64,000 nt of DNA from positions 17,236,001 to 17,300,000 of the forward strand of contig NC_043003.1 in assembly GCF_006345805.1 (NCBI RefSeq), given 5' to 3'. The position numbers were made by a program, and so were the translations under genes. The notes below the pieces were generated by a model. It did not search any database. It was not told the origin of the DNA and saw only the letters and a program-made list of their open reading frames with translations. This DNA is from Octopus sinensis (Eukaryota). Shown here one piece after another: positions 1-12,422 of the stretch; within the stretch, counting starts at the first letter, position 1; the number at the start of each line of letters is the position of its first letter.

Positions 1-421
1 GTTTTGAGTCCGATGCCCCTGCACAGCTCCTTGGACAATTGTTTTCTAGCCTTGGGTTGACTGAAGTCGTGTGAATAGAATTTGTCCTGGAAAATGTGTA
101 GAAGCTCCTCAATTGTATACACAAACATACACACGAGTATTCTGCCTGTCTGTTTATTTCCCTATCTATCAATCTATCCATCTATCTGTGTGTTTGTGGC
201 ATAAATATCATGTCTAACCACAAACTCATCGTTAGAATGTATTAAAAAAATACAAGAATGGAATTCCTGCCTTTTAAGCTACATCCTGCTTAACTGCGAA
301 ATATATTTCAGACAACCAACAAATTTCATTATAAACACGGAAGTGGTATAAAAGTTCGAGACTTGAACTTTTATACCAGATGCACAAGTACTACACTTTC
401 TTTTTGGTTGTTTATGCATAT

Positions 422-757
422 AGGCGCAAGAGTGGCTGTGTGGTAAGTAGCTTGCTTACCAACTACATGGTTCCAGGTTCAGTCCCACTGCATGACACCT
501 TGGGCAAGTGTCTTCTACTATAGCCTCGGGCCGACCAAAACCTTATGAGTGGATTTGGTAGATGGAAACTGGAAGAAGCCCGTCGTATATATGTATGTGT
601 GTATTTATATATAGGTGTGTATGTCTGTGTTTGCACCCCGCCCCAGCATCGCTTGACAACCGATGCTGGTGTGTTTAAGAAGTAGGCTTACAAAAAATAA
701 GTCCTGGGGTTAATTTGCTCAACTAAAGGCGGTGCTCCAGCATGGCCGCGGTCAAAG
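422..757 (+). mobile_element. tRNA-derived SINE, family A (internal (TA)/(TG) tract)
   Basis: Head gagtggctgtgtggtaagtagc...ggttcagtcccactg; near-identical to other copies in the window. Confidence 0.8.
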
Positions 758-1345
758 CGTAAAACGTGTAGAGTATACTTCAAAGAATCACTGTAAACTC
801 ATTCTAATGCATTTCACTAAAGAAAATTTAGAAAAACACTGATTGACACTACAACATATTTTATACAGAATTCCACAAATGAGAAGATTTATTATGAAAT
901 ATTATGGAATATTACTAATAGCAAAATACAATCCAAACATCAAAGCACACATAAAGCATATGTAAATGGATATACAAGGAATCTACAAAGAGTTAACCCA
1001 TGAATAATTTTAAATCTAGCATGACGATTTTATCAGTTATATAAGTATTTTCACGATCCTTTGCAACCTACTGCAAAGTATGCGTACACCATAGCATTAT
1101 TATCATTTTATTGTGATAATGAGGTCGAGAAAGTTTTGAAGGGTTAATTTAAGAGAACTATTGTTTCAAACTAAACATGAAATAATAATAAGGAAAGATG
1201 GAAAATATTTGATAATAAAGATAAAACACGAAAGCAGTCTTGTCTTTAATAAAACTTGTTTGGAAGAAAATTTGTTCCCTATTTGCACACACGCATGTGC
1301 ACACGTGTGTGCATGTGTGTAATCATGAACATATTGTTTATAAAA

Positions 1346-1800
1346 GTGGAAGCGCAATGGCCCAGTGGTTAGGGCAGCGGACTCGCGGTTTCAATTCCCA
1401 GACCGGGCATTTGTGAGTGTTTATTGAGCGAAAACCCTGCTGTACTCTTTCACCACAACTTTCTCTCACTCTTTCTCCCTGTTTCTGTTGTACTTGTATT
1501 TCAAAGGGGCCAGCCTTGTCATACTCTGTGTCACGCTGAATCTCCCCGAGAACTACGATAAGGGTACATGTGTCTGTGGGGTGCTCAGCCACTTGCACGT
1601 TAATAAATGAGTTGCGACATCACTGGTGCCAAGCTGTATCGACCTTTGCCTTTCCCTTGGATAACATCGGTGGCGTAGAGAGGGGAGGCTGGTATGCTTG
1701 GGCGACTGCTGGTCTTCCATAAACAACCTTGCCCAGACTTGTGCCTCGGAGGGTAACTTTCTAGGTGCAATCCCATGGTCATTCATGACCGAAGGGGGTC
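1346..1800 (+). mobile_element. tRNA-derived SINE, chimera of family B head and family C tail
   Basis: A-box tggcccagtgg; 5' half matches 25161-25545 and 3' half matches 16788-17124. Confidence 0.75.
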
Positions 1801-1959
1801 ACAACTTACTACAAAATTGTTTATAAAGTATGTTGTCGTTTATGTGTATAAATATAAACAACAAAGATATTTAGACCACATATATACGCACTTATATGTG
1901 TGCGCGGGTTTATAGGTACATTCCACACGCGCACATGTTCCCATTGTGTTCTCTAACTT

Positions 1960-2254
1960 GTTGCTGTTGTTTGTTCCTTCTCGAGCCACGCCTGGCTTAT
2001 AAGGGCCGGTTTCCCGGTTTCCTAAGCGTATAGGTTCCCCACCTGGACAGGATGCCGATCCGTCGCAGGTGAGCGGCAAGATGCAGGGGAAAAGAGTGAG
2101 AGAAAATTGTGGCAAAAAAGTCAGCAGAAGTTCGGAGCCGTGTGGAGCTTAGGTGCTTCGCTCATAAGCACACACATTGCCCGGTCTGAGATTCGAACCC
2201 GCGATCCCTCGACCGCGAGTCCGCTGCTCTAACCACTAGGCCATGTGCCTCCAC
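1960..2254 (-). mobile_element. tRNA-derived SINE, family D
   Basis: Reverse complement of the copy at 8172-8486; A- and B-box-like motifs on the minus strand. Confidence 0.75.
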
Positions 2255-2625
2255 TTTCTGTAAGTTAGTGGTCAACAAAGATCAATAAAGTTAGCAACTC
2301 CCTGAAAAGGGTATTGGGACTAATGAGGATGACTAAACTCTTAAAGACAGCACCCCAGCATAACCAAAGTTCTATGACTGAAACCAATGATCTTTAAGTA
2401 TTAGGCAAGCTGAAATCTACGTCTTTCATTTTGTTTTGACAGTCTCAAAGTTTGATTACATTTATTTTGCAAGTTACAACCTACTACTATCAATTATGTT
2501 TGCTAAAAAATGCAGCCATGCAGTTTAGTTAACCACTCAAATTTTCCTAAATAATACAAAATCAAAATATATTAAAAATATCATTTACCATAGTAGAAAA
2601 GAACTATAACCCTATTTTCTAGTTA

Positions 2626-2787
2626 TACTCTTTTACTTGTTTCAGTCATTTAGTCGAGCAAATCACCCCCAGGACTTATTCTATCGGTCTCTTTTGCCGA
2701 ATCGCTAAGTTACAGCGACGTAACCACACTAGCGGTCAAGTGATGTTGGAGAGACAAACACAGACACACACAAACTTATACACACAC

Positions 2788-2827
<40 letters not shown>

Positions 2828-2966
2828 GGCGGGCTTCAGTTTTCCTTACCAAATCCACTCACAAGGCTTTGGTCGGCCCGAGGCTATAGTAGAAGACACT
2901 TACCCAAGGTGCCCCACAGTGGGACTGAACCCGGAACCATGTGGTTGGTAAGCCACTCCTACGCCT
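2626..2966 (-). mobile_element. tRNA-derived SINE, family A
   Basis: Reverse complement of 422-757 and 62428-62888. Confidence 0.8.
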
Positions 2967-3349
2967 ACAAGTTATGGTAAACATTAGCAAATATTATTTT
3001 TCAAAATAAGTTCAATATTTTTAAAGAGTATTAAATAGAATTTCTTTTCTCAAAAAAAAAAATATTCTATGAAATGTATCATGTTGAATCTGAGAACAGT
3101 TATGAATGAAAGTAAGCTTTTAAATACGTATTTCCTCATAACTTACCATATATTTGACTAATAGCGAATATGTAAACATCTTCAGTTCCAAGATAGATGT
3201 GTAATGGTGTCAAGTCAGAAGGTTACAACTGCTTTAAAAAAGTAAAGGATGTAACTAAGGTTCTATATATTTAAAATTTCTATCCAGACCAAATATTAAT
3301 AATGTTTAACATAAGCAATCTATTGTTTCTAATAAAAGCAGTAAACAAA

Positions 3350-3607
3350 AATAATAAATGCGCCCTTTTTAAAGCCTAACCAGGCTCATGGGCCCGGTTT
3401 CCCGGTTTCAATGGCGTATGTGTTCCCCAGCTGGACGGGACGCCAGTCCATCGCAGCGTTACTCATTTTTGCCAGCTGAGTGGACTAGAGCAGCGTGAAA
3501 TGAAGTGTTTTGCTCAGGAACACAACGCGACGCCCGGTCCAGGAATCGAAACCACAATCTTACGATCATGGTGCTGACACCCTAACCACTAAGCCACGCG
3601 CCTCCAC
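3350..3607 (-). mobile_element. tRNA-derived SINE, family E
   Basis: Reverse complement of 60210-60465. Confidence 0.8.
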
Positions 3608-4041
3608 AATAAAAACAGTACAAAACGAAAACATTCAGTATTCACCGGATCACTTTGGTACAATGGTAGAACGTCTGACATGGATAGAGAATATATAGGC
3701 TTCAGACCCATGAGTGGCCTTCGACTTCTCTCGCCCAAATATATTTTGACCCAATCTCTAAACGTTATTATTTATAGCTTTATCTATTTCACATTCCACT
3801 GTCAAAAATAATATTCAGTATCGCTTTTTCTCTAAATAAATCATATACTTTGTTTATAATTATATAATTTATATTCTTGTATAATGTATGAAAGTACATT
3901 AACCTTTTGATGAGAGTAATGAATAACGATTTCTTTGAAGTTTAGATGTTTACTTCACATTACTATAAAAATAAATTAAAAAGGTTTACTTCCTGTGTTG
4001 TTTGTAAAATTTTAATTATTTACCACCAATATTTAGCAATA

Positions 4042-4501
4042 TGGAGGCGCGTGACTTAGTGGTTAGGGTGTCAGCATCGTGATCGTAAGATTGTGGTTTC
4101 GATTCCTGGACCGGGCAACGCGTTGTATTCTTGAGCAAAACACTTCATTTCACGTTACTCCAGTCCACTCTGCTGGCAAAAATGAGTAACGCTGCGATGG
4201 ACTGGCGTCCCGTACAGCTGGGGAACACATTGTGTAAAAAAATTAAATAAATGCGCCCTTTTTTAAAGCCTAGCCAGGCTCATGGGCCTGGTTTCCCGGT
4301 TTCCATGGCGTATGCGTTCCCGAGCTGAACGGGACACCAGTCCATCGCAGCGTTACTCAGTTTTGCCAGCTGAGTGGACTGGAGAAACGTGAAATGAAGT
4401 GTTTTGCTCAAGAACACAACGCGTCGCCCGGTTTAGGAATTGAAACCACAATCTTACGATCATGAGGCTGACACCCTAACCACTAAGCCACGCACATCCA
4501 C
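4042..4501. mobile_element. Two family E SINEs tail-to-tail (4042-4230 plus, 4246-4501 minus)
   Basis: Arms are reverse complements over about 190 nt. Confidence 0.8.
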
Positions 4502-5344
4502 AGATGTCTGCCAAACAGAAACTAATTCATAGGATGTATACTGAACAGAGAGAATCTAACCAACCTGCACTAATAAAAATATTTTATAGTTTTGATAAAT
4601 GTTTATTAGAAATTCTGAAGTCATTTACTGTGAACAATAACATACAAAGAAGCATATTTATAAATATTATTGCTGAAATATTTCCAAATCTTGCCACAGA
4701 TGGAATATTAGAATACACATATTCTTTTATTTAAAAAATGTGAATGCATAATATGGTTTTGTACGAAAATATCGTTCTTACAAGAATTATAAACTAGTAA
4801 TGACAATAACCTTTACAAAACTATAGTATCAGTCGAAAAACAGTTCTTAATAGCTGTTAGCAATATTGATTAAGAAATAGCAACAATCCCTAATGTTTTG
4901 TAATTAAGTGAATACTAAATGTTTAGGACATCAGTATGGATGCTTTGGTCTTCCATAGCTTTCCTATGGTTGTTGAATCTTAAACAAACTTGCTGTAGCT
5001 ACCGGTTTGTTTGTTTGCTTAATGGTCATAGCATTGAATTTTCTATGTGGTAAGCAAAGTTAAATTAGTTAAGTGCTACATGTAATAAAATTTTAAGTAC
5101 AATTTGAAAATTTGAGCATCTTTCATAGAATGTGTGTCCACTGTGTGAAGATAATATTTTACTTAAAGTAAAATATACTCCATTTGTGTAATAAATGCAC
5201 TGAAGAATTGTGGATATTGTGATGGAGCCAAAAACTTTTTCTTCAATGTTCTAGTTGTATTCTAATTATAAAGATTATATTACTTTTTAAATGTATACTA
5301 TCCATGATGCAACTAGTTGATTTAATTTTTATGATGATGATGAT

Positions 5345-6335
5345 GATCATCATCATCATCGTTTAACGTCTGGCATGGGTTGGACAAATTTGACTGAGGT
5401 CTGGAGAGTCAGGAGGCTGCACCAGGCTCCAATCTGATCTGGCAAAGTTTCTACAGCTGGATGCTCTTCCTAATGCCAACCACTCCGAGAGCGTAGTGGC
5501 TGCTTTTTACGTGACACCAGCATGGGAGCCAGCCAGGCAGGCCTGGCATCGATCACATTCAGATGGAGCTTTTTACATGCCACCAGCACAAAAGCCAGTC
5601 AGGAGGTACTGGCATCAGCCATGATTGGTTGGTGCTTTTTATGTGCCACCGGCATGGAAGCCGGTCAGGGGGCACTGGCCACAGCAACGATAGTGGTTTT
5701 ACTTGACTCAACAGGTCTTCTCAAGCATATTATATTGTTCGACGCATCAGGGCTAGACATACGTAGCTGCAATCTCACTTTAGTTGCCAGGTCTTCTCAA
5801 TCTCCAAAGGTCCCAGTCTCCCATCATTGCCTCTGTGAGGCCCAATGTTCAAAGGTTATGCTTCACAACCCCTTCCCATGTCATTCTGGATCTACCTCTT
5901 CCACAAGTTTCTTGTACAGTTAAGGAGTGGCCCTTCCACACACAGCTGTCTTCATTCATACATAAGACATGGCCATACCAATGCAGAGGCCTCTCTTGCA
6001 CACCACATTTGATGCTTCTTATGCCCGACTTTTCTCTCGGGATACTTACACTCTGTCGTGTATGCACACTGACATTACACATCCAGCAGATCATACTAGC
6101 TTCATTTCTTTCAAGCCTACGCATGTCCTCAGCTTTCATGGTTCATATTTCACTGCTGTGTAGCATGGCAGTTCACACATATGCATCGTACAGTCTACCT
6201 TTCACCCTGAGCGAGAAGCCCTTAGTTGCCAGTAGAAGTAGGAGCTCCCGGAACTTTTCCCAGGCTATTCTTACTCAAGTTGTTACACTCTCAGAGCAGC
6301 TACCCCCACTACAGACTTCGTTGCCTAGGTGGTGA
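5345..6335 (-). mobile_element. 5'-truncated, decayed RTE-clade LINE (C-terminal ORF remnant, 3' UTR and (GAT)n tail)
   Basis: Minus ORF 5849..6139 (RRLERNEASMICWMCNV...LHWYGHVLCM...GRGRSRMTW) resembles the C-terminal RLxWxGHVxRM...GxRPRGRPxxTW region of RTE elements. Confidence 0.75.
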
Positions 6336-6503
6336 CGAGAGAGAAAAAGAAAACTTTATTGGGATTTGTCTGCTATTACTGGAATTGAAAAATATGAGAT
6401 ATTTATGAAATTTTAAAATAAATATAGTTAGCTTTATTTCTGTTTAGATATAACAACTTAGTGATGAAGCTTATATTTAAAAATCTTTAATTCTTATCTA
6501 CAG

Positions 6504-6646
6504 ACAAGAGGGCTTGGCACCAAATTTCACTACCAAACCAGCAACTCGCCAAGTTGGTAAGAATCTTGTGATGGAATGTCAACTCAGTGCAGATCCAAAA
6601 CCTACAATTGAATGGTTCCGTGATGACACAAAATTAGCAGCAGGAG
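6504..6646 (+). CDS. unc-22: Twitchin exon A, first half of Ig1 (QEGLAPNFTTKPATRQVGKNLVMECQLSADPKPTIEWFRDDTKLAAG)
   Basis: Acceptor ttcttatctacag, donor gtaact; phase 2 in, phase 1 out; absent from the ORF track. Confidence 0.92.
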
Positions 6647-8171
6647 GTAACTAACAAACTATCTTAATATTAATGAATATTTCCTTTATTTCAGTGTTTT
6701 TATTTGTAAAAATTTAGCAGACTCTCAGCCTAGTACAGATTTGAAACCAGATACTCAGTCACTAAATTGCTCCATAAACATCAAACTGTAACCTAATATT
6801 TTAAAACCATACTATATAATTCCAGTGGATTTTATTTTATTTTTCTAGCTGATCATATATGTTCCAGCCATGACTATCCCACCTTTTCTATTATTTTTCA
6901 ATAGTCTCTAGAACTACATTTTCCAATATATATCATTGCTTTTTTTTTTAGTATAGTAGGGTGGGATCTGAGAAGCATTTTGCTGCTTTTTGTAGTACAA
7001 CAAGCAAACAGATACAGTTTCCCAACTGATAAAGGCTTGAACTCTTGTCAGTTGTATTTACATTTTAGCACTGTTTTCTTTCAGTCTCATTCACTTATTT
7101 TCACAGATATTATGCCTTATACACAATAGTTTTTCTTTTAATTATAATTTGCTAATGTGAAAAAATTATAAGCTATCAAGAAGTTCCAAATTCAAGCATA
7201 TAACACTTGTGGAAAATTATTGTTTAATATGTTCATTGGCATCTTAGCTTTGACTAGGACAGTTTTTTAAATGCTGGCAATTTCATATTGCAAGGGCAAA
7301 TGCTTTTACAAACTTTCCTTGCACTAAACAATAGTAATTAAGGAAGTTTATTTACATATGAGCCAAAGTTCTGAAACAGTTAGTGTTATGTAAACTTTAG
7401 TGATTAGTACAGTGGTTTAGGAATTTCAACTGTGTTTCGTGGTCTGCTACCACAAAAGCTCCTTTATAGGATCCAGTTAGCTCAAGACATTATCAGGAAG
7501 AACTACATCCGATTTCGGCCCCTACTCCTCTACCGTTTTGACATGGCACCCACCCCTCCCCCTTTCGGAGGTGTCTTCAGCTCTGGTGTTGGGCGCATGT
7601 CTTCTTTCTTCTTCTTTCTTCTGTTCCCTGACCTCTTCGATGTAGCGTCAAGGAGTGCCAGCGGGCGACTGACTGTCTTGTCAATTTTTTTCCCTTTAAA
7701 TACCTGCTGCTAGGCTCCAGCAGGCAGCCCCAGCAAGTTGTCATGTGACACTGTCTCAACTTTAACTGACCAATGAAGGCATGTAGTCTTAGCCCACGCA
7801 TTCTCTAAATGAGACTGTCACCTGTCAATCAGCGGAGCTAATTCAGTGAGAATTTTAGAGATGAAGAATTATATACATTATTTATATTATTTACCTTATT
7901 TACATTTGACAGATATTTCTTCTCATCAACAACAAACAAGATGAGGACAAATATCCGTCAAATGTTAGTGTTCTGACATAATCACACTGGAAAGCTACTT
8001 TTAACATAACCTGAGAACACACTTCTTACAGAGTCACACAAGGAATCAGACCTATAGAGTGCAAGAAATTAGTGTGACATTAATGCTTTCATGAAGATCA
8101 TAAAAGATGTGAGAATGATCACAGATAAAGCTGATTGTTGATATAGATTTCTGAGGTAGTACCAAATATTT

Positions 8172-8486
8172 GTGGAGGCACATGGCCTGATGGTTAGAGA
8201 AGCGGACTCATGGTTGAGGGATTGTGGGTTCGAATCTCAGACCAGGTGATGTGTGTGTTTATGAGTGAAAACACCTAAGCTCCATGCAACTCTGGCAGAA
8301 GGTAATGGTAAACTTCTGCTGACTCTTTCGCCACAACTTTCTCTCACTTTTTTCTCCTGCATCTAGAAGCTCACCTGCAACAGACCAGCGTCCCATCCAG
8401 GTGGGGAACCTATATGCCGATGAAACCGGAAAAACGGCTCTTATGAGCCTGGCATGGCTCAAGAAGGAACATATAGCAACAACAGC
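8172..8486 (+). mobile_element. tRNA-derived SINE, family D
   Basis: Head gtggaggcacatggcctgatggttag...gggttcgaatctc. Confidence 0.75.
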
Positions 8487-8941
8487 ACCAAATATTTAAA
8501 CAAGCATAAGTGAGGTGAAACTGGTATAGTTAGGCATCAAAACCAGGTTGCAGATTTTGTTCGCTGGAACTTACCAGTAACCCGCAATCTGTTAATGCAT
8601 TAATATTTATATGACATGTATCTAATATTGCTATTAAAGAAGATTACCAAAATATCAGTTTTATGCAATATATGTTTTTTATCAAACTATTAGTCTATTT
8701 AATTGCCTTTGAGAATTGTTATCTGCTGAATCTGTTTATGAAGAGAAAATTTGGACTACAATATAAGCTGACAACATTCATAACAATATGTATCTTAGTA
8801 GTTTAAATAGACATTAAATTTCAGCATATAGAGTATTATTAAGATTTAATAACAGTTTGAAATTCAAATCATATTAATACTTCTATAAGTAAAATTATTC
8901 ATGTTATAAAAATATGTATTGATACAATTATTTCCTTTCAG

Positions 8942-9097
8942 GCAACATTACAATGCGCATGGATCCGAAAGGGCCCAAGGCTTATGCCCTCACACTAGAA
9001 ATAAAAAACGTTGGTAATGCTGATGCAGGGTCTTATAAAATCGTGGCGAAGAATGATCTTGGAGAGAGCAATGCTACCATTAAGTTGAACTTTGATA
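8942..9097 (+). CDS. unc-22: Twitchin exon B, second half of Ig1 (GNITMRMDPKG...DAGSYKIVAKNDLGESNATIKLNFD)
   Basis: Acceptor tttcctttcag, donor gtaagt; phase 1 to 1; overlaps ORF 8953..9150. Confidence 0.93.
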
Positions 9098-9424
9098 GTA
9101 AGTATGGTCCAAAAGATTCCCCCCCGAAAATTCATGTTTTCATCTTATAATTTTAGTGTTCATTAAGTTAATTATAATTATTTACTACAAACTAATTCCG
9201 TATACACAATTTCTATGTTTTAAATTGAGAAGTCTCATAATTAATTGCAAAGTGATTACTCTTAAATGTAATGTTGAGGAAAAAGCACTAAATAACAAAA
9301 TTCATTTCATATTAAATCAAAATATGAATGTTTGACTTTGGTACAGTTGGGGGTATGAACAATTTAATCATCATCACTATTTCACTGCTCTTAGCTTATC
9401 AATCTGACAAGGATAAAACAAAAA

Positions 9425-9696
9425 GTTGATCTCAACAGAATCTAAGCTCAAAGCAGAAGTTGATCTCAACAGAATCTAAGCTCAAAGCAGAAATTGATCT
9501 CAACAGAATCTAAGCTCAAAGCAGAAGTTGATCTCAACAGAATCTAAGCTCAAAGCAAAAGTTGATCTCAACAGAATCTAAGCTCAAAGCAAAAGTTGAT
9601 CTCAACAGAATCTAAGCTCAATGCAGAAGATGAACTCAACAGAATCTAAGCTCAAAGCAGAAGTTGATCTCAACAGAATCTAAGCTCAAAGCAGAA
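9425..9696 (+). repeat. Minisatellite, 8 x 34 bp (gttgatctcaacagaatctaagctcaaagcagaa)
   Basis: Units start at 9425, 9459, 9493, 9527, 9561, 9595, 9629 and 9663. Confidence 0.95.
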
Positions 9697-10405
9697 GGAG
9701 ACAACACTAATTATCACAAGGCATTTAGTTGGGCATGCTACCATACTAATACATTATAAAACTCGGTCAAATTAATTCAAATTCATTCTCCTCATTCAAA
9801 CCTTATCAAACAGATATACTTCATCATGATCACAATCAGGGACTGGAAAGAGTTAAGAAGTATAAGAAAATTACAACATAAAAAAATGCCTTTATAAGCA
9901 ATATATAAATGTAAATACAGAAATAGTTTGACATAATTGATTTATCCATTAAATGAATAACTGATAGCAGTTAAGTGTATATACATACACTCACGCTCTT
10001 ATAAACACAGTGTAAGAACACACAACTTGATGTTAGTCTGATGAAGTGTCACTCCAATATAGTCAATCACAAATATTGCATAACTTTTCACATAAAATCA
10101 CTTACATGTAATGGCATTCGAAATGGAGTGGTTACAGTTGTAATCCATGATAAAGTTGTGTTCAGTTACTTATATATATATATATATACACTGTGTATAG
10201 ACTTGATATTTGGAATGACCAATTTCAAATACTATTGGATTTTACTCATAAAGTATTGGAATCTTACATATATACCATTCTGCCTAAAAAATGGATCTAC
10301 AACTTCAATTTCCCTACATATCTCACATTTATTTTCTTTCCTACACCTCACTCTCTATTTTGTATCATATCTAAATTAACTATTACTTAACTATTCTCTC
10401 ACACC

Positions 10406-10453
10406 ATCTCTGATGAAGGTATATAATAAATATCCTGGAAACAGCTGTAAGAC
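10406..10453 (+). ncRNA. Minimal type I hammerhead-ribozyme-like motif in a TA-embedded repeat
   Basis: ATCT-CTGATGA-AGGTATAT(AATAA)ATATCCTG-GAAAC-AGCT-GTA-AGAC: catalytic core, stem II hairpin and palindromic stem III. Confidence 0.5.
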
Positions 10454-11151
10454 CTTCTATATATAATGTTCTAAAATCTACTGAGCCTTGGTTTTTTATC
10501 TCATTACGAAAAAAATTATATATATATTTATAAATATATATATGAAGAGCCTTCAGGATCACAAGGCAACTTCACTACTGCTATCACAATAAAATGTACC
10601 CAGTACACTCTGTAGAGTGATTGAACTGAGAACGGCATCCAGTTATAATATCAAAACCCAAAATAACACATACAAATGAGATATCATTTCTGATTGCCTA
10701 GGAATGCAGTAATTTTAAATAACAAAATGACTTGGCCAATAACAATCCATCAAATCCATACCGGTATGGAAAGCAGATATGAAATGACGATGATGACTCA
10801 TTAAACAGATCTTGCTAATTTACATACATATATATTTGTAAATAAATATCGAGCAAAGTGATGTTTTGTTATGCATAAATATATATATATGTGTGTGTGT
10901 GTGTGGTGTGTGTGTGTGTGTGGTGTGTGTGTGTGTGTATAAAAGAAAAAAGCCTTATACAACATAGATTAACTTTTCAATTGCAATGAGACTTCTCTAT
11001 CATTACCATTTTCATTAAATGTTTTTAAAATCATGCATCATTTATTATTTATATTTATATATTATTATTTCTGTTTTTCCTTCACTCATTAGCAATAGTG
11101 GCATACATATATCTATAGCTATATGTATGTACATATACAAATATATATATG

Positions 11152-11185
<34 letters not shown>

Positions 11186-12027
11186 TATACATATACATAT
11201 ATATATATGCATATATGTATTTGGTACATGCATATATATATATATATTCTTTGCAGTGGTTAAATGTCAGTATTTACACCCAAATAATAAATGCTGAACT
11301 TTAACCATTATTACAAAATGTTATATTAAAAGAAACCTGTGAAAAAAAAAAGTGGTGGTGAGATATTGGTTAATTCCTGAGTGATGGATTAACTTCAGTA
11401 TGCATGCAATACCAACTAAATTTTGGGGAATATCATAAATATATGGAACTTCAAAAAAATAAGTAAATAAAATAAACAAATGGATAAAACAACAACAAAA
11501 ACAGGAAATCATAAAATTTGTTGTCATGTTTTATACTGTAACTTTAAGAAAGATTTACGACTATTCCATGACATAGTGGATTGATGAAGTCATTTATAGA
11601 ATCAGTTAAAAATATACTATATTTGAATGGAATATATTTTTCATTGATTCTTTTCACCACATTGTTCATTCATAAAATCATATTCCTCTAATTGTTATAT
11701 GTTAAATGAACCCCCCCCCAAAAAAAAATGATTATGGAGACTAAATAAAAATAACTTCTGCATTTGTGTTTGATGGAAATTATTTGATCGAAATTGCTTA
11801 ATGAAAATATTTAATTATGTAACTTAAAAACGTGACAGACTGTTATTTTAAAACTTGAAAACAAACTGAAATTACAAAGTTCTCTGCTTGAAGAAAATTT
11901 TATTGCCAAATGCAATATATTGATAAATGGAAAACCGTACACAACAAAAACTTTGATATTAAGGCGCCATTTTCTATAATAGGTAGCTTAGCTAATCCTA
12001 ATTACAACATAATCCTCTCTGTGTGGA

Positions 12028-12422
12028 CTCTCTTTTACTTGTTTCAGTCATTTGACTGCAGCCATGCTGGAGCACTGCCTTTAGTCAAGCAAATCAACCC
12101 CAGGATTTATTCTTTGTGTGCCTAGTACTTATTCTATCGGTCTCTTTTTGCTGAACCACTAAGTTACGGGGATGTAAACACATCAGCATCGGTTGTCAAG
12201 CGATGATGGGGGAACCAACACAGACAAATAAACACATACACACACACACATACGCATATGACAGGCTTCCTTCAGTTTCCGTCTACCAAATCTACTCACA
12301 AGGCTTTGGTCAGCCCGAGGATATAGTAGAAGACACTTGCCCAAGGTGCCATGCAGTGGGACTGAACCTGGAACCATGTGGTTGGTAAGCAAGCTACTTA
12401 CCACAAAGCCACTCTTGCACCT
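12028..12422 (-). mobile_element. tRNA-derived SINE, family A
   Basis: Full-length reverse-complement match to 62428-62888. Confidence 0.8.

Noticed and set aside
422-500. tRNA genes suggested by A- and B-box motifs
   Set aside because: They are SINE heads followed by family-specific bodies, and no complete cloverleaf was evident
993-1147. TTAA-CCC...GGG-TTAA, possible piggyBac-like MITE
   Set aside because: Inverted match is only about 3-5 bp, too weak to call
5522-6335. Plus-strand ORFs of 133 and 183 aa
   Set aside because: Antisense frames of the decayed RTE-like LINE
1-6503. Start exon of twitchin (must end in phase 2)
   Set aside because: No convincing candidate. ATGTG/gtaagc near 5046-5056 would give ATG TGA when joined to exon A. 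The exon is probably upstream of the window.
7432-7850. GC-richer island with overlapping ORFs
   Set aside because: No recognisable domain or usable splice sites; probably a transposon fragment that I cannot assign
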